A stretch of 64,000 nucleotides of DNA, taken from positions 5,394,001-5,458,000 of the forward strand of contig JAYWIR010000006.1 of NCBI GenBank assembly GCA_036172245.1. The letters run 5' to 3'. Below are positions 51,606-64,000 of the stretch, in pieces. Source of the DNA: Raillietiella orientalis. Its lineage: Eukaryota. A program made the position numbers and the translations under genes. A model generated the notes under the pieces. That model had not been told where the DNA came from. It searched no databases and saw nothing but the letters and a program-made list of their open reading frames with translations. Within the stretch, counting starts at the first letter, position 1, and every line of letters starts with the position of its first letter.

Positions 51606-54600
51606 AACACTACAGAGAAGGAACTTCTCAACGAGAAGCCTTATTTTTTTAATCTTACGGAGACGAAGACTCATGGAGTCGTTTTTGTTTTAGAGAAGGA
51701 TTTTAGGAGATTGGAAAAGAAAAAAAAAAAACAATTTCAGGAAGCTTTCGGTATCAAAGAGTGAGAATATCAGAGAGGAAACAAGAATCTCGATTCATCT
51801 CTTGTGTCTTGGATCTAAAATCATACGATCTAAGGAAATGTAGAATAAGCAAGTTGCATAAGGACTCCCGATGTCAACTGATTGGGATTGTTTGCGTGGC
51901 AAATACAAGGTGAGACGTTTTGCATCAACAAACCGTCCTCCGAAAGGTGCGAATACAATACGATGATAATAGAAGAGTCAAGACTGAATGGAACAAACTT
52001 GTGTCTTACTCGTCAGTGTTGCATGGATGAATAAAGATTTAGTACAAACTCCAGAAAGCTCGGAAAGGTGTTCATCAAGTTGCTCAATGCAGGGAAAAGC
52101 ATTCGCAGGAATTTCAAGTCGGACTCCAAATTCGATCTGGGAGATGAGTCCCTTCTCACTGCGACAAATAGGGAATATCTCACTGGTATTATCCAAGAAC
52201 AAGCGATCAAAATACAATATATAGTTAGGAAAGTAGATTTGTGAAAAAAAGCACCTTAATGATAATGAAAAAAACGATTCAAAGGAAATTCAGGGATGCC
52301 TACTTTCACCGGCCATTCTCAGAAATAGAATGCTCAATAGAAGCACACCTACATCACATGACCTCACCTATTAACTATATGAAGGAACAGGAATCCTCTC
52401 TAAATCAGGATATGTTCGTAGGGAACTTCCAATACAAAGAGAGGGCTTACAACAGCTTTTTTAATTGTGTTCTTTATGCACTTGGGGATGAGAGTAGCGA
52501 TCCTTGACATACCAGGCATGAAAGAAAGAGCGCACAGATATTGAGGCTCAGGAGCACAGATAGCGGCTTGATGCACGAGCAGTGGATCGAGAATGCTCAC
52601 ATGTTTCTATGGAAACCCAGGCACAGATGCCAACGCAAGCCTCAGTGCTTGCGCAAACCAAAACTCTTGCAGGAATGAAAAAACTCATTTTCTGAAGTCT
52701 GATTATCTTGATTTAAATAAAAATCGGTAAACTCTTTCGATCACTGACTCGACGTGCTGGAGCTCGGATTTAAAGGGTTGACTCTGGTTCCAGCAAACCT
52801 CAATTTAGAAATAATGTCAAAATCATTATGTTTAGATTCAGTAATTGCAAATCAATCAGCACTCTCAACGGAACATAGAAATAGTAACGAAAAGTGGACA
52901 GACATTATTTGACATTTGAATTCACTTTCATGTCGGTCTTTCTCTAAACATCATTATTCATGATGCTCTGACCGATTATGATTCCCAATAGTGATCTTTC
53001 AACTTCGAGGCTGTGCATGAATACTGATGGGGTTTTCTTAGGTCTTTTGAAAGGTCAGTCCAAGGTCGAGACCCCGGCCCTGGGGATCTCTCCCGAGAGC
53101 AATGCATTTTCATGTACTCCGATGCGGCTAGCAAGTACGAGTATTAAATCACACAACGATCACCAAAGTATCACTGGACCTAAAAATTAAGGTGAAAAAA
53201 TTCAATGCAAATAGCGAATATTCAAAAATGCTTCTATTACCTTCTTTGATAAATTCATCGAGTAAATGACAAATTTGCTAAACGAATTGTTACCCATTGA
53301 ATTAAAATGTAGTGAGTATTCTATGTTAACGTAAAACGCCACTTTGAATGCACAGAAAAGTACTTTGATATTTCTTTTTAAATTTCAATTAAACAAACCA
53401 AGAGATAAATGTGAGTAAAGAAGAAAACTATGAATGTACTGTTGGATAATAAGCTATAAATCTCATTTTCGCCTCCTCTCGTAAAAATAATTTCGAAAGA
53501 TTTGAGATGTTTCGAAATTATTTTTCACTTCTAAACACTGAAAATACCACAGCGCTTCTTGCTTAAGATATCCTTCGCCGATTCCAATCGCTAGCAGCAA
53601 TTTTTCTACTAATGAGCCTACTACTCGGAAACTTCACAATGAACAACGGACAAAGAACGCTCGAGTTGCCGGACGAGCACTCTTGAGTACTTTGCTCGCA
53701 ACCGCCCTCAGGCACAACTACATTCGACTTACTTGTGTTCGGCTTAATTTTCCCTCTTTCTCTCCTAACTACATGTCAGGAAACTTACTTACCGAGATAA
53801 AATCGCATCTGGGTACTGTGACGAGTTGAAAACATGCGTGCCAATTTCGGACGGATTCTATAATTCTGTATTCTATCGAATTAAAGGCTTCTGCGTGGAA
53901 TGACATGAGGTTACAAGTCCTATCAGTTAGGATTCATTTTCTATTACATTTCACTTGGCATTTTAGAAAATAATTCCATTAAGTGAAACTCCACTCCCAA
54001 AAAAAGAAAAACGGATTCGGTAGATCTGTTCCTATAACCATACTTTCTATGTAATACTGTGATCACAGGCATTAGCATTTTTCTTTCAGACATACATTCA
54101 TAATCTGTATAATGAATGAGCTAGGAAGCACACACTGTGGACACGAGAACTGATGGAATGAACTGTGCCAATGAAATGCGGTCGTTCCGAGTAGTTCTTT
54201 TTTGTGTCTTTGGCTCTGATCTTTTATCTTTCTGTCTTTTCTTTGAATTCATATGTCCTGGCTTCAAGTTCTACTGCTTTTTGGTGATTATTGGCTGCCT
54301 CACACTGCTGCATTCCTCGGTTTCGGAATTCAAGTCGCCGCATCTGTTTAATTCAAAGTATTTTTGCCTTCTTCGAGCTACTGGCACTCAGCTATGTGAC
54401 CTGGTCACAAAAGCCGTCATAATTATGGCGTCTGTGTTTAGCTCATCATCTGACCGAGGAACATTCATTTCCGAAATGTATTCTTAGAGGTCCATGTGTG
54501 CTGCAAAGTCCCTTACTACCGAGATTATATGCAAGATCAAGAGAAATATTTTCTGCTATGTTTAAATGTATGTCTCGCAACAGTTCTTCGACTGAACCGT

Positions 54601-54849
54601 GGTTCTTGTTCCTTGGACTTGCCTGAAATTGAATATTTTTGCGTTTGCATAAACCATGGAACTACACCACCACGTTTTTATACAGTGCAGAATCAATGCA
54701 TTTGATCATAATTCATTTTCGATTCTTTTCTTCACTTGATATCTGTTTGATTCCAGTATATTTACATCCAAGTTAGCCACTCTGCTTCAGGTCTTAGTGT
54801 AGACACCCATAACTTTATGACTGCTACGACTTCCATGATGTTTACGTAT

Positions 54850-55540
54850 GCATCTTCGACCACACCGACCTGCAACGTGAGAATCTGTTTTCCTTGTGAA
54901 AACGTCGACCCTTGATTCTCTTTTTCGGAAATTTAACCGTATGTGAAGAGCAGCAAAATAGTTCCGAGTCCAAGAGAATGCAACCTATTCTCAACAGCCT
55001 ATTATTATCTCGTGGTGGCATTCCAAAATCTAATGTGCAGCTATCGTTAGAACAAAAACTTTGCCGATGTTGCATTAGAAATCTGCAGAATTCTCATTAT
55101 TTGACTGATCACTAATGTTCCGATTGCGTGCTTCACAAGAAAGTTCAGATGAAAGGCAGGATTTGAATTCACAAGTCACGTATCGAGCGATGCAATGATT
55201 CTGCAAAGGCATTCAAGTATTCTGTGATTTCTAGAAACAAAGCATTGCAATGTTTCTGGTTCTGAGTGCCACCGCTGAACAAAGTTCTCTCGATGTAGCG
55301 CAAGAAGGCAATCCTAGCCGAATGCCCATTAAGATTCGTAGAAACTGCATGCCCGCACGAAGCCACAAGATCACTACAAATCACAAAAGATTACTCCAAT
55401 CGAGTGGTTTTTTTTCTTCACGAGGGAGACGGTGGACTGCCAAGGATGTTGCAGTTATAGCCATTCGAATGGAAATTCGTTCCGAGATGGGCTGCACCTC
55501 GTGGTCAGATTTGGAAACGACTGCTTGCGAGAACTAACAC
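54850..55540 (-). mobile_element. Decayed LINE RT fragment
   Basis: Ordered remnants AVHRLPREEKKPLDWSN, NALFLEITEYLNAF and LDFGMPPR. Confidence 0.35.
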
Positions 55541-56679
55541 ACTCAATCTGCATGCACACGAACACATAATTAGGATAAAATTGACACAATAAATCGAAAA
55601 GTGAAAACTGAACGAGCATGTGAGCTGGAGTAATTGAACACTAGAGAAGCGAATAAAAAGAAATCTGGAAAGAGACAGAAGGATCAGAAGAGCTTGAAGT
55701 CGACCTTTAAGGGAACCTATAGAACCTTAAATTTGGGGAAGTATCCTCAACTTACGGTGATTTCGAGTGCATGTGTGGAAAAATAAATAAATGGTCGTTA
55801 TCTCAGTAGAGAGACGATGTTTCCGTAAATAGGATCTGCATCGCTGACAATCGGTGATTGTAGTAGCTCTAATTTCGGAGTTTTGACCTCAAGAAGGACT
55901 ACTGATGCATCAGTATAGAGATTTCTTTTTGAGTTTATCTCCGAGCTGATCTGCTCGTGCTGCTTTTTCGTCAAACAAGAAGCACGAGTTTGTCTTTCTT
56001 TGCAAGGAAGGTAAACACATCGCCTGCGTAAGGAGAAAAAAATCGACCGACAGTGTCACCGAGACCGTGCACACAGTTTTGCATTTCATAGGTAGAAGGC
56101 CATTTGTAAACGACATTTGATGCTAAAGAATGTCTACTGGTCGGATGCTTTAATACAAGAAGCAATGGTACTGTGGCAGAAATGCCTGTCAGCAATGGTT
56201 CAAAAACAAGATAGCTTTCTAGGAATTCATTGTGTGTAAATGAAGAGGATGGTCATTACTTAGAATCACACTCCCTAGGGAGCCTAGACTGCTAAATTTA
56301 TATGTTTATGTTTGATTCCGTGCTTTCCGTATTCAAGCATCACCTTGGGTTTCGAATGCTTTGATGCTCGTTTAAGATAGTTATTGCTATAATCATGGAC
56401 CAAAGTACCAACTGTGGTAACACTATGAATTTCCTATTGCCACGACATTTTTCGAGAAAAGTTCATGTCAGAGAAAATTAATGACAAATGAATGCATTTT
56501 GAATTTACGTTGCACGAACCGATTGGTTACATTAGTGGTATTTCCTCGATTCTCAAATGTAGTCATTAATGCAATTCAGAATCGAACTATGGAGTCGGTA
56601 AAAAATATACATATTGACTCGAAGCGGAAAACGGAAAGCCATGCAATACCGTAGTGAAGGAGGAACAGAGATCCAACTC

Positions 56680-56990
56680 ATTTATTGTTTTATGCAATCG
56701 TTAGCAAGGGCATTTCTTTTGATGGACAGCGGACCATCTGCCGAGCCACATTGCGTGGAGTTCGAAGATATCTCTTTTTCAAATAGCTCATTCCTGACTT
56801 GTAGAATCCTGAAATAGAGAGAGATGACATTACGAAAAACACCACGAGGTAGCTGTGCAAGCGCAAACTCTTTAAATGGTATGCAAATCTTCGTTTGCGT
56901 GGATGCAAGAACGGGGCAGACTTCAAAACTCCCGCTGACGATGCGTTGAAAGATGCTGCGTTTTGTTTTCCTGCTTGATTTCAATTTTTC
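56680..56990 (-). mobile_element. Decayed LINE RT fragment (domains 1-2)
   Basis: KICIPFK...FRNVISL...LFEKEISSNSTQCGSADG (like PIxK...YRPISL...KxFEK...QxGF). Confidence 0.4.
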
Positions 56991-59880
56991 AAGTAAGGGA
57001 TGCCGTGTAGCATATGCAAATCAGCACCGAAGAAGAGGAAGGATCTTTTTTTATCAGCATGTGAAACAGCACATAATAGAAGATTGCTCTCACTTGTAGT
57101 CATGAAAAGAAAAACTCTGCATAGAGGCTATTTTTTCGGAGCCTTTTAATCCACCATTGAGACCGAAAACAGTGCAGAAGAATTTTGAGCAGCAAATCCA
57201 TGATTTCAACAGAATGGTCAAGTTTTTAGTGAGCAACTCAGATAATAGGCCGAAAACAACGGGGGGGGGGACGAATGGCATTACAGTCGAAAGGACCATG
57301 CTGAATTTGGACAAATGGAGAAGGAAGGACATGAAATAGAAAGGATGAAACCAAAGTTCCAATGATTCAGATGAATTGCAGGAAATCAAAATGAAGCTTA
57401 AGAAGAATTCCAAGTTCAAATAGATCACGTGAAAGTAATTTTAAAGTTCACGAAACAAAGTGGATTCATTTAGAAACAAACTTTGCAGAGAACTTGAAAG
57501 AGTAGCATGCTTTCTATGACGTGCGAACATTAGACAAATGACCATAGACTTAGCACATTCTGGTTGATGGAAATTTGGATTATCAGCCTAAGTGATTGAA
57601 CCGAGAAATTTACGTCATTGCAATAATGTGCTTTTAATTATATGCTTTTTTTTGCTGATATTATATTATATTTTGTGAGAGCTGAACATATTTCAGAAAT
57701 TCCATTAAATTATGTTCTTTAGGAAATTGAAAATTTCCCTATGCTAACTCTTAACACCAGTTCATGTTCTTTTACAATTATGTTACAGATGTGTGGAGAA
57801 TACGGGGAAGAAGAAACATGAAATCGAAATCAGAAAACTCCTAAAATCGATTTCGTGTTTATTAGCAAGCTTCTGTAGAAAAAGATTTGCATCATCATTG
57901 AAGCAAATCTTTCATATTCAGTACATGATTTTCGCAACTGTTAACAATTATTAACTCTTTACTTATGATAATGAAAGCATGAAAACTCTCACGCAAACAC
58001 AGCCGTTGATACGGAGCTTTTAATCTTGCTCGCTTTCCCATATGCAGATTCGTGTATCTCAGTCCTACTCTTTATTTTCAGGAGGTTTTTAAATACCTAA
58101 AGCACTATCATTTTGAAGCCGATTTACTGCACTACGAAGCGATCCATGCAAAGAAAGCGCTGTCTTATCGCATTGATCGAACTATTAAGAAGTACACATT
58201 TTTTTTATCATGTGTAGTTCAAACCGAAATGCCTTTTTATCGATTCCCAATCTGGTATTACGCTGTAGAACATCTCCAACCAGTCCCAATGAGTCTCAAT
58301 TATCTCAATCCTCATTTCGAGTCCACACACTTGCCAACTGATAACGGGAGTTCATACAGAAAACGCAATTCACAATTCACAACACAATTCACGGAATGAA
58401 AGAAATCTGTGTTACTCCCAAGTGAGGTCGTTTGGAGGAATACGGCTAGAAGGAGGATTTGGACATGCTCCCATGCCATTGAAAAACAGTGTTCCTTATA
58501 TTTTACCAGGTATGAATATTTCGAAAGTGTTTTTTAGTGGATATACGTTCTCTGAATGAAAGAAATAAATGCATTTATTAGTTTTCCAAAGAAATACTCC
58601 TTTAAAGTTCATATTCCTTGCTGCCAATTATGGCAACAGTCCTGCAAGCAGTTTCTTTGTCAGATGGACATTCCGAAAGAGCCATAGTGATATACCACCG
58701 AAAATTCAAGAGATTTCCGATTTCGCTCATGTTTGCGTTACTGTTACTGCCCGTAACACAAATATGGAAATTGGAAAATGTGTTCCGAAAACAGAAAACC
58801 AAGTCATGTGATATAAATCCTTAACATTGACACGAAACATCACAGTCCATAGAGTACTTGGATTTCCAGAATGTTGATTGCAAACCGTATATAAAATTCG
58901 CTGTTTCCATAATACATGCTTTGTGGTTTTGCGGGCGAATCGCCGTTTTCTCAGCAGAACCGGGGAAACGCCCTTTTCCCGTTTGATTGTACGTGAATGA
59001 GATGCCCACGTAGTAAAGCAGAATCGTTATCCCTGCTTAGCATGTAATAAATAATGATAGCTGCAACAAGATGAGTCAAAACACCTAAGAATGAGGAACA
59101 CGCGCATCCCTTGAGCAGCCACGGAGACTAAAGAAATTATTCGAATTTCTGGTTCTGGATAAGGACCTAAAGAAGCTGGATGGAGATTCGTGGAATTTCC
59201 TTCGCTGAATCCTCAAAACTGAAAGACGAGAAAACCTCACATTCATGGAATAAACAGAAAATGAATTTGAAGCAGTTAGAGACTGGTTCAGAAGAGAGCA
59301 CAAGTGTGAGAGAGGCTTTCTAAAATATATGAGCTAAGAACCAAATCTCGCAGGTTTCCGTGTGTTTGTGGAAGCGAATAAGCTCAGACATCTTGCATCT
59401 CGTAAGAACACGGCTTATACTTGGTTTGAGATAAAGTAACTGGTTACTCCAAGATTTGCGATGAATGCACAAGCACTTTCAGAAAAGAAATTTCTGGAAT
59501 CTAAGAATGATATACTGGTGCATTCCTCGAAAGGTGTCCGGAATTCGCCTACAAGAGTCGGTCGCAATGCTTCGAGAAGCATCCTGCAGATCCTCTACGG
59601 AACAACAGGATAAGAGAGTAAAAGATGAACATGTTTTGGCCGTAGATGCATTGTGCTTACGGGATAAAAGCATTTGTTTTATTAATACGCATGAAACATG
59701 GATTTTTTTGGGTCAAGCTGGAGAGCTGAAATTCATAGATTTGATGCATTTCAACGAGAATCGAAAGTAACAAAATAAGTAGAAAACCGACCTTTGTGGC
59801 ACAAGTCTTGATCTTCTCCAAAGGTTTTCACATCTGATCTGACATATAAAAGGAAACTAAGAAAACTGACTAAGAATAAG

Positions 59881-62800
59881 GTACCATTGTACTTAACGCC
59901 AATTACCCGGGATGCCCTTGCCTAATTGACTCAGAGTGCGAGCAAAAGTTCTGCAGTGGGAATGCATGCGGTGTGTTGTCGTTTCCCGGGTTGCGTAATG
60001 CGTGCCATCTCCAGGCTGCTCCATGCCTTCTCCGGACGGTTGCGCGTGTTCCCTCCCTGAAGACTGCTACAACCTATGCGAGGAGCAGCCGGGTACTGGG
60101 TTCTTGAAGTGCGGCGACAGCAAAGGTACGTACGTGCCTCCACATTCTGGAGCAGCGGAGGAGCTCGTTGGAGAGACTGCTACTCCGCAACTCTTGCATC
60201 CACGTGCCTTTCCAGGCAAGTGCTCAAGAAAAAAAGAGGATGGCTGCGCTTGTGAATTCGATGTTCAGTGCCGCTCCCGTGTCTGCGTGAAGAGGGATCC
60301 TAAATCAGTGTTTGGGACGTGCTGTGAGTAGTGCGATTGTAAGGGTCGCCGAGGAGCAGTTTTCACCAGTCCGCCGCCACCCACCAACGCGTTGAAACCT
60401 ACTCTGAACGAAAGTTCTTACCCTAACTAAAAACCACTCTAAAACGTATCCCTGTGGCCGCATTCCCTTTTTGGAACGACGACCTGTGCTCCAGGATGAA
60501 TTCCCTTTTCTGTTTCCCTCCCGATGGAAAATGGAAAAGAAATTCTGCATCACCTGATACAAGCGCCGTATCCGTTTCCTTATACTTTTTTTTTAATCTG
60601 TGCTCAACTCTCTGTGGTCCCGAGCACTGCATGAACGATAACGCCACTAGCTCCAGTCCCCTCCTCTGGAAATCCATTTCCGGCATTCTTTCGTTCGTGC
60701 CAGTCGCTCACTGCTGTTTGGCGAGAGAATGAATGATCGTGGTCCTGCATCCGTGGCATCTCACGCTCACGAGTAATCTAACTGCGGTGCGAAGTGGTGC
60801 CCAGGTCTCCTTTCTGCAAATGCAGATCTCCCAAAGAGTGTAAGCATGGATTTTGCGCGAAAACAGGATGGAAAAAAGAATGCGGTACGAAGACTCTGCT
60901 GCTCGATCGGGGCCTCGTGACGTGGCGGGTGCGATTTCATGCATTTCATTTCAGTTGACTGCAGGACTGCTCCCCGATCTCCTGGCTGTTCGTGCATCAC
61001 CAACAGTCACTGCAAGGGACATTGCCGAAAGAAACATTGCTCAGGTACCGAGGAAGTAGTTGAGGTTTGCACTCCGGAAGCACCTTTGAACCACCCGTGG
61101 TACCTGCTTTGGCTGTCTGCGTGTGCATTCAAGAACGCCTTCTTCACCTGAGAGACGGTGATGAAGATAAAACGCGATGGCGATTGCTGCCTTAATTTTG
61201 CGCGACAGCTTCCGCTAATTGTAAGCCTGCAAAATTTGCCAGCGCTCTTTCCTGCGTGTCTTGCGGGGAAAATTGCTGCTTGCACGCAGTTGACGTTCAG
61301 AAAGAGCCTCAAAGTTGCACCTTTTTCCAGACTCCGGGTGCTCAAGGAAGAAAATGCGCCCGAGCGGTTGCCCGTGCGTTATACCGGGCGAATGCTTATC
61401 CGAGGAATGCGTACAGAGCGAGTCTGGAAAAGGCATGAGCTGCGCAGGTAGGGCACTGCTCATTTCGACAAAAGCCAGCGGCGAGGTTGCGACCCTGGCA
61501 ATCTACGGCAGTCCCCCAATTTTGGTCTACTCGCCCTCTTGTGTTTCAGCATACTGCTTTTCCGTCAGAGGCACGCTGTCCGCATTTTTATCTTCAGGAT
61601 GTCCGTGTTCCAGGGATATCCAGTGTTTGGGATGGATGAAGTGTCACAAAACAACCGGAACTTGCGGTAGAGTTGGTCCTGCTGAAAAATCATGGACAGC
61701 CGGTCCCATTTTGATCGCGAAATGTCGAAAACGACAAAAACGAAAAACCTTTGTAATGTCTCAAGGGGGACTGGGCACTCTATTCTCTTCGGGTTCTATC
61801 CCATCTCTATTTCGCTTTCAAAGAATAGCCATTCAGCGAAAAGTGGAAATGTAGAGTCGAAGTGAAGTGCGCACTTCTTAAATACTTGATGTCGGTTGAT
61901 GCAAACGGGATCATCAGCTGTCCGTGATCAACGTCGTCTGGACCAGTCTAGCACGTGTTCCTTTTCAAAGATGTAGCATTAGTTAGGTGCTGAGTAATAC
62001 CTTTCTTCAGTGTTTCAATCGGAGAATCTAATGACACGGTCTCGAGTAGATGAGATTTATGTGGGTAACTTTGCAGAGGACTGCTCTTCGGTTCCGAAGA
62101 CCACAGGATGCCCTTGTGACGATGACAGCGACTGCTTCAATCACTGCATCAAAGGATTGTGTGACAACAGAAAGCGAATCCCTCGTTATTCGTGGTCGTG
62201 GGGAAATCTGGAAATCTTTCTCTTTCGGCATCAGCGAGTTGAAAGCGTTGTTTTTAGTTTGGACGCTCATTTGTGGATCGGGCGAAGGGAATTCTCTCCT
62301 TCTTTCGATCTTATTTTCCGTGAAATTCGTGACTTTGTTTGTTGTTTTGCCTGAAAATTCATCGTAAAGAACAGCTGAAACGAATCGAAATCAGCAACAA
62401 CCGAATGTCCGTTGTCTACACAGACGAGCGCTGAAGATAGTCCGATGGAAGCTGTGCCCTTCATAAAGAGACCTTATCCTAGACGCCGCTTAAAAAAAAG
62501 ACATTTCTCTTTAGGAAAGCTGATTCGCCTGTTCATTTATTTATACAAAAAATAACGAGGCGCCTCACGTACTGAATAAAGAGGAAAGCAGAAATGGAAT
62601 CATCGTGCACCATCTCGGACGATTGGAATTCGCCAAGAAAGACCGGGAAAGGATACTCAAATACTTGCCAAATATTTATCCATCATTGCGAGATTCCGTC
62701 GTTTCATTCCTGCCTTTCTTTCCATGCAAGATTCTTCATTCTCGCACACTTTCCGGGAAGAGTGTGAAAACGAATACGCGCACCGCTTGACCTCACTCTC

Positions 62801-63779
62801 ACTGAATTTAGGTTTGTGCTCGGGGTCGAATCGTCCAGACGGCTGCTCGTGTGAGTGCATGAATGACGCGTGCATCAGCCGCGCCTGCTTGGTGGTTTTC
62901 ACGACAGGCTTCAAAAAATGCAGTGAGCATCTCTCAATCATCCCGTGGTTCATTCGAAAGGGTGATGATGGGAATGATGTCTGTCTCACAGCTTCACTCC
63001 AGCCGGAAGCCTCATCCTCATGGTTGCGGGTGCGAGAACACAGAAGATTGTAGGCACTACAATTGCCTCAAAGATGAGGTCACAGCGTTCACGACTTGCG
63101 GTAGGTCCCTCCTTTGTAGAGCCAAAGCGCAAACGCTCGCGTGCAGTAATCATCCGCCAAGTCTTGCATCTGCAAAGCAGTAGGCATTAGAAGTGGCAGT
63201 GGCTGAGCTGATGAGCTTCCTGCGAGACACACTTTGCAGCGAAGAGTCGCGCGCCAGCACGAGCGCATGCGCTCTTTTTGTATCCAACACGACCACGCGG
63301 AATGTTTACAGATGCTGCTTTCTGGCTAAGATAGTGTGCCTAAGATGATACGCCTCCCAAATATGTCAAAGCTGGAAGTTTCTGCTCTCACGAGCTCAAG
63401 GACAGCTGCTTTTCGGTTAGAATGCCCGTGCCTGAACGGCGGTGAAGTTCCAAAAGCAACTTTCCTGTGCGTGCCCTCGGCAGTATTACGGATCTCTTTG
63501 TGAATGGAAAAGATGGAGTGAGTACTAAAGAGCTACTTCTTTCCTCCCCTCCGATGTACAGCATCGTGCCGCTTCGTACGTAAATCGACGAATTCCGAAT
63601 CGTTCACAATATTTCAGCCTGGTCAATATTGTGGATACCGCTCTGACCGCAAAATTTCGCATTTTCCAGGGATGGGTAAGCTTACCACGATCATCCTCAT
63701 TACCATTGGGATGCTCCTGTTGCTCCCTTTGGCTGGTTTTGCTTCACATCCCATGTTGTTCAAAAGCTTTGGCGAAAAG
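59881..63779 (+). CDS. Cysteine-rich repeat, EGF and transmembrane cell-surface protein; partial model, possibly pseudogenised (exons about 59881-59970, 60015-60125, 60216-60323, 60955-61044, 61331-61447, 61550-61666, ~62077-62180, 62812-62922, 62992-63100, 63421-63517, 63670-63779)
   Basis: Nine exons each encode a G-C-x-C-x5-C-x3/4-C-x(n)-C type module (e.g. PGCPCLIDSECEQKFCSGNAC, DGCACEFDVQCRSRVC, TGCPCDDDSDCFNHCIKGLC), mostly with phase-1 GT-AG boundaries. These are followed by CPCLNGG/CACPRQYYGSLCEW and the hydrophobic LTTIILITIGMLLLLPLAGFA. The start and final exon were not located. Confidence 0.75.
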
Positions 63780-64000
63780 GTTTGTACATTGGCGAATCAG
63801 CTTATCCGACTCGGTTTCGCGTGCTGAGATTCTTTCGTGGTCACATTTCGCAAGAACGCGAGCGTTTTTGCATTGTGCACCTCCCGTCGCCCACCCGGGG
63901 TCGATCTGTCCGTCTCGAGCGAATGGGAACGAATGCAGTAATTAAGTTCTCTGCCGGCGCAGTCGTCGGAACGTGCCTTTGCAAGTGAAATCGAAATGCA

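Overview
Eukaryotic genomic DNA from an invertebrate animal; the taxon cannot be assigned from sequence alone. Most introns are very short (39-56 nt). Six conserved housekeeping genes can be reconstructed: the 3' part of COP9 signalosome subunit 4, an RNF5/RNF185-type RING E3, a divergent VDAC/porin, a UBE2D (Ubc4/5) E2, Spartan (SPRTN) and TPX2. All six sit in AT-rich, CpG-poor islands. The right end carries a multi-exon gene for a probable type I membrane protein with about 9 GCxC cysteine-rich modules (one per exon), an EGF domain and a TM helix, and it has apparent frame disruptions. Between the genes lie many decayed non-LTR retrotransposon fragments, plus Tigger-like and hAT-like relics. 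The most notable structure is at 22.9-29.8 kb. Two 5'-truncated copies of an L1/Tx1-like family, each with its own target-site duplication, are inserted in antisense orientation about 35-40 bp apart in the same ~40-nt minisatellite of two copies of a related element. This suggests target-specific or self-targeting retrotransposition. All alignments were done by eye; no database searches were run.
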